A stretch of 11,220 bases of DNA from Atribacterota bacterium (lineage in GTDB: Bacteria > Atribacterota > Phoenicimicrobiia > Phoenicimicrobiales > Phoenicimicrobiaceae): NCBI GenBank assembly GCA_038203565.1, contig JBBRDV010000043.1, positions 1-11,220 on the forward strand, written 5' to 3'. Positions within the stretch are counted from its first letter, which is position 1. Every line of letters starts with the position of its first letter. Made by a program: the position numbers and the translations under genes. A model generated the notes under the pieces. The model searched no databases. It saw nothing but the letters and a program-made list of their open reading frames with translations, and was not told the DNA's origin. This document shows, piece by piece, positions 8,696 through 11,220 of the stretch.

Positions 8696-8871
8696 AAATA
8701 TTTTTCTGTTATTTTTCAATTAAGTCTTTTTAACTACAACCACTAAAGTTCATACTAAATTATATTCACTTAAAAAATATTGATTTTTGTTGATGTCTAT
8801 TTGAAAATATCCAAACTGATCTCAAGTTTTCATCCCGCTAAATACATATTATAGACCCCATTAGATTGTTC

Positions 8872-8971
8872 TTCTTCTTTGAATATAACCACTTAAGAAG
8901 ACACGAGGGATTAGAGTATATAACCCCTTATGAAAAGCTGGAAAAAGTTACCGAATTATTGAGATAGTACA
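8872..8971 (+). mobile_element. Remnant 3' end of an IS481-like (DDE) transposase with terminal repeat
   Basis: The frame from 8881 reads EYNHLRRHEGLEYITPYEKLEKVTELLR*, matching the YNxxRxHxxLxxxTP C-terminal motif of IS481/IS3 transposases. It ends 4 nt later in ...GTACA (IS481 ends are TGT...ACA). An upstream in-frame stop at 8839-8841 and no start codon indicate a fragment. Confidence 0.7.
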
Positions 8972-9137
8972 ACGGTCCCCTGTTCTTTTACGCTCTTTCA
9001 CTCTACGTATATACTACATAAATTCCAGAAATCCTTCTTTTTTTTATAAAAGATTTAATAACATTTTTTTAAAGACCTTGCAAAATCTTTTAAACCATTT
9101 AAAAAAGAGATTTCTTATAATAAAGATCCAGAGAAAA

Positions 9138-9167
9138 TTGTAAGAATTGACCGATTTGTGTTAAAAT
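9138..9167 (+). promoter_or_regulatory. Putative promoter for the usp gene
   Basis: TTGTAA (9138-9143), 18 bp spacer, TG-n-TAAAAT extended -10 (9162-9167), about 50 nt before the ATG. Confidence 0.45.
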
Positions 9168-9217
9168 AAAATGCACTCTGATTACCCAAAAAGACTATAA
9201 AATAAAGGAGGATTTAT

Positions 9218-9661
9218 ATGAAAATTTTAGTATGTACGGATGGGTCAAAGTATAGTCAAAAGGCCTTGGAAAAAGCTTCTGTAATTGTCAAAGGATGTAA
9301 TGTTAATGAAGTAGCCATAATTCATGTGTATGAAAAATTTGACTCTTTTCCTATATCAGTTGAAGGTAATATCGAACAAACGGAAATTAATAGATTGATG
9401 ATGGAAGAATATAAAAAGAAAGGGGAAAAGATTCTGTCAGAAGCCTTAAAATTTATTGAAGGGAAAAACCTAAAGGCACGTACAATTTTAAAGAAAGGAC
9501 CCCCTGCAGATACTATCATAAGTGTAGCCCAAGAGGAAGGATTCGACATGATTGTTATTGGCAGTAGAGGGTTAGGTGGTTTGAAAAAATTATTTCTTGG
9601 AAGCGTGAGTAATGCTATAATTCAAGAAGTGAAAAATTGTAGTGTACTTGTAGCGAAATAA
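9218..9661 (+). CDS. Universal stress protein (UspA family, ATP-binding type)
   Basis: MKILVCTDGS..S.KAL N-terminus, GPPADTII, and DMIVIGSRG-LGGLKKLFL-GSVS, which fits the G-2x-G-9x-G-S ATP motif. AAGGAGG RBS. Confidence 0.93.
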   Translation: MKILVCTDGSKYSQKALEKASVIVKGCNVNEVAIIHVYEKFDSFPISVEGNIEQTEINRLMMEEYKKKGEKILSEALKFIEGKNLKARTILKKGPPADTIISVAQEEGFDMIVIGSRGLGGLKKLFLGSVSNAIIQEVKNCSVLVAK

Positions 9662-9699
9662 GATTAAAATGAGAAAGTTTGTTATGAAAAATTTAAACA

Positions 9700-9730
9700 A
9701 ATAAGACGAACGAAACATCAGACTGTCTTA
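9700..9730. repeat. Degenerate REP-like palindrome copy between convergent genes
   Basis: AATAAGACGAACGAAACATCAGACTGTCTTA aligns ungapped at 23/31 with 10957-10987 and has TAAGAC...GTCTTA arms. Confidence 0.55.
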
Positions 9731-9792
9731 CTGCCTATTATTTTTGATACAATAGTCACTTGAAGCTCACCTCCTTGTTTGATTAATTGTAA

Positions 9793-10678
9793 CTACTTTT
9801 TACCATCTATCATTATATCTGATAACTTCACATCGGGGTGATGATATCTTTTCCCTTGTGCTGTTCTATTGCCAAACTGGATTGCCTCTTTTGGGCACCA
9901 TTGCAGACAGGCAAAACATTGTTCACAATGATGTTGCCATACAGGTCGACCATCAACCATTATAATATTTTGAACCGGACAAATCCTGTAACAAATGCCA
10001 CACCTGTTGCATTTATCATCACATCTGAAACCATGGTCCATCAATTGTATGCTTTCCTGGAAAGGAAGATTTGTCTTCCCTTTAAAACCAGCTACTTTCA
10101 ACCAAACGGATTTTTGTAAGGTATCTCTTAAAAGGGAATCAACCAGGTGTTCAATGACCTCTGCTTTTGTTTCTAACTCACCTTCTTTTCGAGCTTGGAC
10201 ATATTCGCAAATCTTCTCAAGTTTCTGCCTCCAATGGTCAAACATTTTTTGCTGTTTTTCTGTAGATATTTCTCTTAATACAAAAGAATTAAAAAAAGTC
10301 CTTGAGTACAAAAGAAGGGAAGATATAGTTATAGGGCATTTGCACTGCAAAACCTGCAGTAAGTTTTCCATCATGTAATTTAATGATTCTTTCTAAATAT
10401 TTTAAACAAATTCCAGGACTTCCTCCATAGGTGCACACTCCAAAGATATACTTTTTATCCAGGTTATCCATTTTATTGATAAATCTTTTAATAATCAGAG
10501 GGACACCATGATGATACATAGGAAATACAATACCAATCATATCTGCCTCGGTTTTTATACTTTCTTGATGGATGATAGAAGGAATAGATATAAATTGTCC
10601 ATTAATTTTTTCTGCAATATCTCTGGCTACAACCAGAGAATTACCTGTTCCCGAAAAATAATAAATTATCCTACTCAT
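9793..10678 (-). pseudogene. EFR1-family flavodoxin-ferredoxin fusion protein, split by a +1 frameshift (ORFs 10289-10678 and 9793-10374)
   Basis: The N-terminal part has the flavodoxin-like YYFSGTGNS, IGIVFPMY, TYGG and MPYNY. The C-terminal part has two CxxCxxCxxxCP motifs and RYHHP. Removing one T from GAC TTTTTTT AAT (10291-10297) gives one 294-aa frame ...LKDFF-NSFVLRE... Confidence 0.85.
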
Positions 10679-10783
10679 AAAAAAATCTCTTTCTATATAT
10701 GTGTTAAGGATTCTTTCTCATACTTTAAGAATATATATTTACCTTATTGAATCGCTACCAGTAGTTAAAAGAATTAGTCTTTT

Positions 10784-10988
10784 TGTCCATTTTTGTCTTA
10801 AAAATAATAGCTTTCTGTCCCTATTAACTTATTAACTTTCTATTTAAGAAAATGGGATGTGTCCCTTGTTCTAAGCATAGGAAGCAAATATGGTTATTTA
10901 TATCAAAATAGAAAAAGTTAACGAATTATTAAGCTATTACAACTTCCTTGTTTTTTAATAAGACAAATGAAATGTCCCTTTGTCTTAT
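10784..10988. repeat. Cluster of REP-like short palindromes with a GTCC(C) core
   Basis: TAATAG-CTTTCTGTCC-CTATTA (10805-10826); AGAAAATGG-GATGTGTC-CCTTGTTCT (10847-10872); ATAAGACAAA-TGAAATGTCCC-TTTGTCTTAT (10958-10988); half copy TGTCCATTTTTGTCTTA (10784-10800). Confidence 0.6.
10911..10941 (+). mobile_element. Isolated second copy of the IS481-like terminal repeat
   Basis: 10911-10943 GAAAAAGTTAACGAATTATTAAGCTATTACAAC matches 8941-8973 GAAAAAGTTACCGAATTATTGAGATAGTACAAC at 29/33, in the same orientation. Confidence 0.6.
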
Positions 10989-11004
10989 CCTTTCAAATAA
11001 TATC

Positions 11005-11211
11005 TTATATCTTAATAAAATAAGCTATCGCTAATATAATAATACCTGAAAGGATCAAAATATATATATTTGGAATAAAATATGGAAGTATCATCAAGGC
11101 TATGCCGCAAAAAAGAGGAATAATTACTTTTTGCTTTTTACCATAAACAAAAAAGCCTAACCCTATTGCTCCAAATATCACGCCCATTATTAAAGTCGAT
11201 GTACTAATCAT
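11005..11211 (-). CDS. Small conserved hydrophobic membrane protein of unknown function
   Basis: 68 aa with three hydrophobic segments and the motifs FGAIGLGFFVYGKKQ and LMILPYF. It resembles a widespread family of about 65 aa often loosely labelled 'amino acid transport protein' (recalled, not searched). The upstream RBS region is cut by the window edge. Confidence 0.75.
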   Translation of the reverse strand: MISTSTLIMGVIFGAIGLGFFVYGKKQKVIIPLFCGIALMILPYFIPNIYILILSGIIILAIAYFIKI

Positions 11212-11220
11212 TTATGAGTC

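Noticed and set aside
9047..9092. 10-bp inverted repeat TAAAAGATTT/AAATCTTTTA upstream of usp
   Set aside because: It is almost all A/T in a very AT-rich tract and has a 26-bp spacer, so significance is low.
9682..9720. Selenocysteine readthrough of the TGA ending the 13-aa mini-ORF
   Set aside because: Readthrough adds only 11 residues before TAA, the context is not a redox motif, and no SECIS-like hairpin follows.
10298..10374. N-terminus MMENLLQVLQCKCP... of ORF 9793-10374 as a separate gene start
   Set aside because: This is an out-of-frame read of the upstream flavodoxin half; the meaningful sequence begins only after the T7 run.
9322..10750. ORFs 9322-9549 (-), 9838-10119 (+), 9995-10378 (+), 10508-10750 (+)
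   Set aside because: They are antisense to usp or the EFR1 gene, with no independent support.
8721..10777. Loose inverted repeat TAAGTCTTTTTAACTAC (8721-8737) versus GTAGTTAAAAGAATTA (10761-10776)
   Set aside because: It is short, gapped and AT-rich, with no target-site duplication seen, so it cannot be separated from chance.
8941..10988. CRISPR array or classical integron attC sites
   Set aside because: The repeats are not regularly spaced with unique spacers, and I could not find paired RYYYAAC/GTTRRRY boxes.
8550..11220. tRNA-integrated genomic island or prophage
   Set aside because: The accessory DNA lies 5' of the tRNA, no duplicated tRNA 3' end is seen, and there is no integrase in the window.

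Overview
AT-rich bacterial window, probably from an anaerobe (NifJ-type PFOR and a large Alu-domain SRP RNA; a Bacillota-like or Atribacterota-like origin is only a guess). It has two parts. (1) Bases 1-8700 are a minus-strand core block: promoter > tRNA-Ser(GGA) > large SRP RNA > dnaX > ybaB/ebfC > recR > nifJ (PFOR) > long hairpin > pdxS > pdxT, then two tandem sigma70-type promoters firing out of the window. (2) Bases 8700-11220 are an accessory patch with a universal stress protein, an EFR1-type flavodoxin/ferredoxin gene split by one extra base in a T7 run, and a 68-aa membrane protein. The most interesting signal is non-coding and absent from the ORF track. A family of short degenerate palindromes (variable arms around a core ending in GTCC[C]) lies between every pair of accessory genes. 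One copy sits where a reading frame with a perfect Shine-Dalgarno is cut short. Two copies of an IS481-like terminus (29/33 identical) each abut a similar half-palindrome. This looks like a REP-like, repeat-delimited gene-shuffling zone, but no cognate enzyme is visible in the window.
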